Positions 62,311-64,000 of a stretch of 64,000 nt of DNA are shown piece after piece. The notes beneath the pieces were generated by a model, which did not search any database, had not been told where the DNA came from, and saw only the letters and a list, made by a program, of their open reading frames with translations. This DNA is from Squalus acanthias (taxonomy: Eukaryota). Location: positions 248,001 through 312,000 of the forward strand of contig JASTWF010000343.1 in assembly GCA_030390025.1 (NCBI GenBank), written 5' to 3'. The stretch's first letter is position 1. Each line of letters opens with the position of its first letter. The translations under genes and the position numbers were made by a program.

Positions 62311-64000
62311 GTCTTTACTCGACCAGGGAGCTTTAGCTTTGAATGCCCTTCCTTTTCCCTTCGTGAGAATGTGTCTGTTCTGCACCCGAACTATCTCCTC
62401 TTTGAAGGCCTCCGATTGATCATTTACTATTTTACCTGCCAATCTTTGATTCCAATGCACCTGGCCCAGATCCCTTCACAACTCACTGAAATTAGCCCTA
62501 CTCTAGTTGATTTTTCCTTGTCCTTTTCCATTACTACTCTAAACCTAATGATATTTTGATCAATGTTCCCCAAACGCTCATCCACTGAAACACTCTCCGC
62601 TTGCCCCACTTCATTCCCCAGAACTAGATCCTGCTTCCTTCATCGTTGGGCTGGAAACTCACTGATCAGGAAAGTTCTAACACATCTCAGAAATTCCACC
62701 ACCTCCTTTCCCTTTACAGTGTTACTATCCCAGTCTATATTAGGATAATTGAAGTCACTACGCTAAAGTTCTTGCATATTCTTGCTCCTCTATCTCCTTC
62801 CCAGTATTTGGTGGCCTATGGTATATACCCAGCAGCGTAATAGCTCCTCTATTGTTCCTTCATTATCACCAAATAGATTCTGACTTTTAACCCTCAAGTA
62901 CATCATCCCTTTCTCGTGCTGTGATCAGTACAGCCACCCCTCCTTTTATTCCTCTCCTATCTTTCCTGAATATATTGTAGCCAGGAATATTAAGTGCCCA
63001 TTCCTCCCCTTGTTTGAGCCATATCTCTGTTATTGTCACTATATCATAATCCCATGTGACTACTTGTGCCTGCAGCTCAGCAACATTATTTACCCCACGC
63101 CGTGCATTTACTCACTCCAAAACTATCTTCGTCTGCCTTGCATCCCCCCACCCCCCGCCACGTATAAACCCTCCTATTTCTGAATTACTCTTTACTCCCA
63201 GCTCTGTTGAGGTGCAACCGTCCACCGTGAACAGGTCCCTCCTGCCCCAGAACTGGTCCCAGTGCCCCAGGAATCTGAAGCCCTCCCTTCTGCACAATTT
63301 CTCCAGCCACATGTTGACCTCTCTTGTCTTACTGCTCCTATGCTCACGAGCACATGGTACTCGGAATAATCCATAGATTATTACCATTAAGGTAATTTAA
63401 CTTCATCCTAAACTCCTGAAACTCTGCCTGAAGGACATCAACCATTTTCCTTCCTATTTCATTGGTTCCAACATGGAACACGAATTATGTCTGTTGCCTT
63501 CCCCTCTCAAAATGTTCTGCAGCTGTTCAGTGACGTTCATCACCCTGGCAGCAGGGAGGCAACACACCATGCAGGACGCAAGTCAGCGGTTGCTGAAACC
63601 CCTGTCTGTTACCCTGACTATCGAATTCCCGATGACAACTACATTTCTACACTTTGCTGTGCACCCTGTGCAGTCCTTTGCCCCTCTGTGGCAAGGATGT
63701 GCTCTAGTCTGCAGTCCCCGAGGTGTCGTCACCCTCACTGGTATTCAGCACTGGAAATCAGTTTGAGTGCCACACTCCCACAGGACTCCTGCACCGCCTG
63801 CCTCTTCCTACGCTGCCAGCTGGCCACACACTTACATTCCTCCTGGCCTGTCTGTAGCTGCGGGGAGACCAGCTCCTCGAACGTGTGTTGCAGGAAATTC
63901 TCAGCCTCCCGTCTACCCTGCAGTGACTCCAGCCGCTGCTCAATCTCAGAAACCCCGGGCTCGAGTTTGAGCAGCTGGAGGCACTTCCTGCACACGTGGT
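62311..64000 (-). mobile_element. CR1 LINE 5' part (ORF1 and deleted endonuclease region), runs off window
   Basis: CRKCLQLLKLE..., VVVIGNSIVR, WLEKLCRREGFRFLGHWDQFWG, and the DQNIIRF endonuclease end. Confidence 0.88.

Overview
This is a repeat-dense vertebrate window, most likely from a cartilaginous fish. That host call is inferred from SacSINE1-like Deu-SINEs, very abundant CR1 LINEs and a GPR139-like receptor. There is one apparent host gene: an intact minus-strand class A GPCR (GPR139-like). Its 7TM exon (12174-11267) has two candidate coding first exons (24272-24182 and 42246-42066). Each has a phase-1 GTAAG donor and a homologous promoter block. The rest is a nested pile of mobile elements. 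(1) A decayed endogenous retrovirus-like element (1-5280) with an F-protein-like env preceded by a splice acceptor; lokiretrovirus-like is my best guess. (2) Two near-full-length CR1 LINEs and many partial ones. (3) A Harbinger/PIF transposon interrupted by a young Gypsy LTR element that has no tRNA PBS. (4) Two Penelope-like insertions with hammerhead-ribozyme motifs and inverted structures. (5) SINEs, a MITE, and L2 and other LINE relics. There are also at least eight tandem arrays, including about 55 copies of a YY1-consensus motif directly downstream of the GPCR stop. All family names come from motif recognition, not database searches, and boundaries of decayed elements are approximate.
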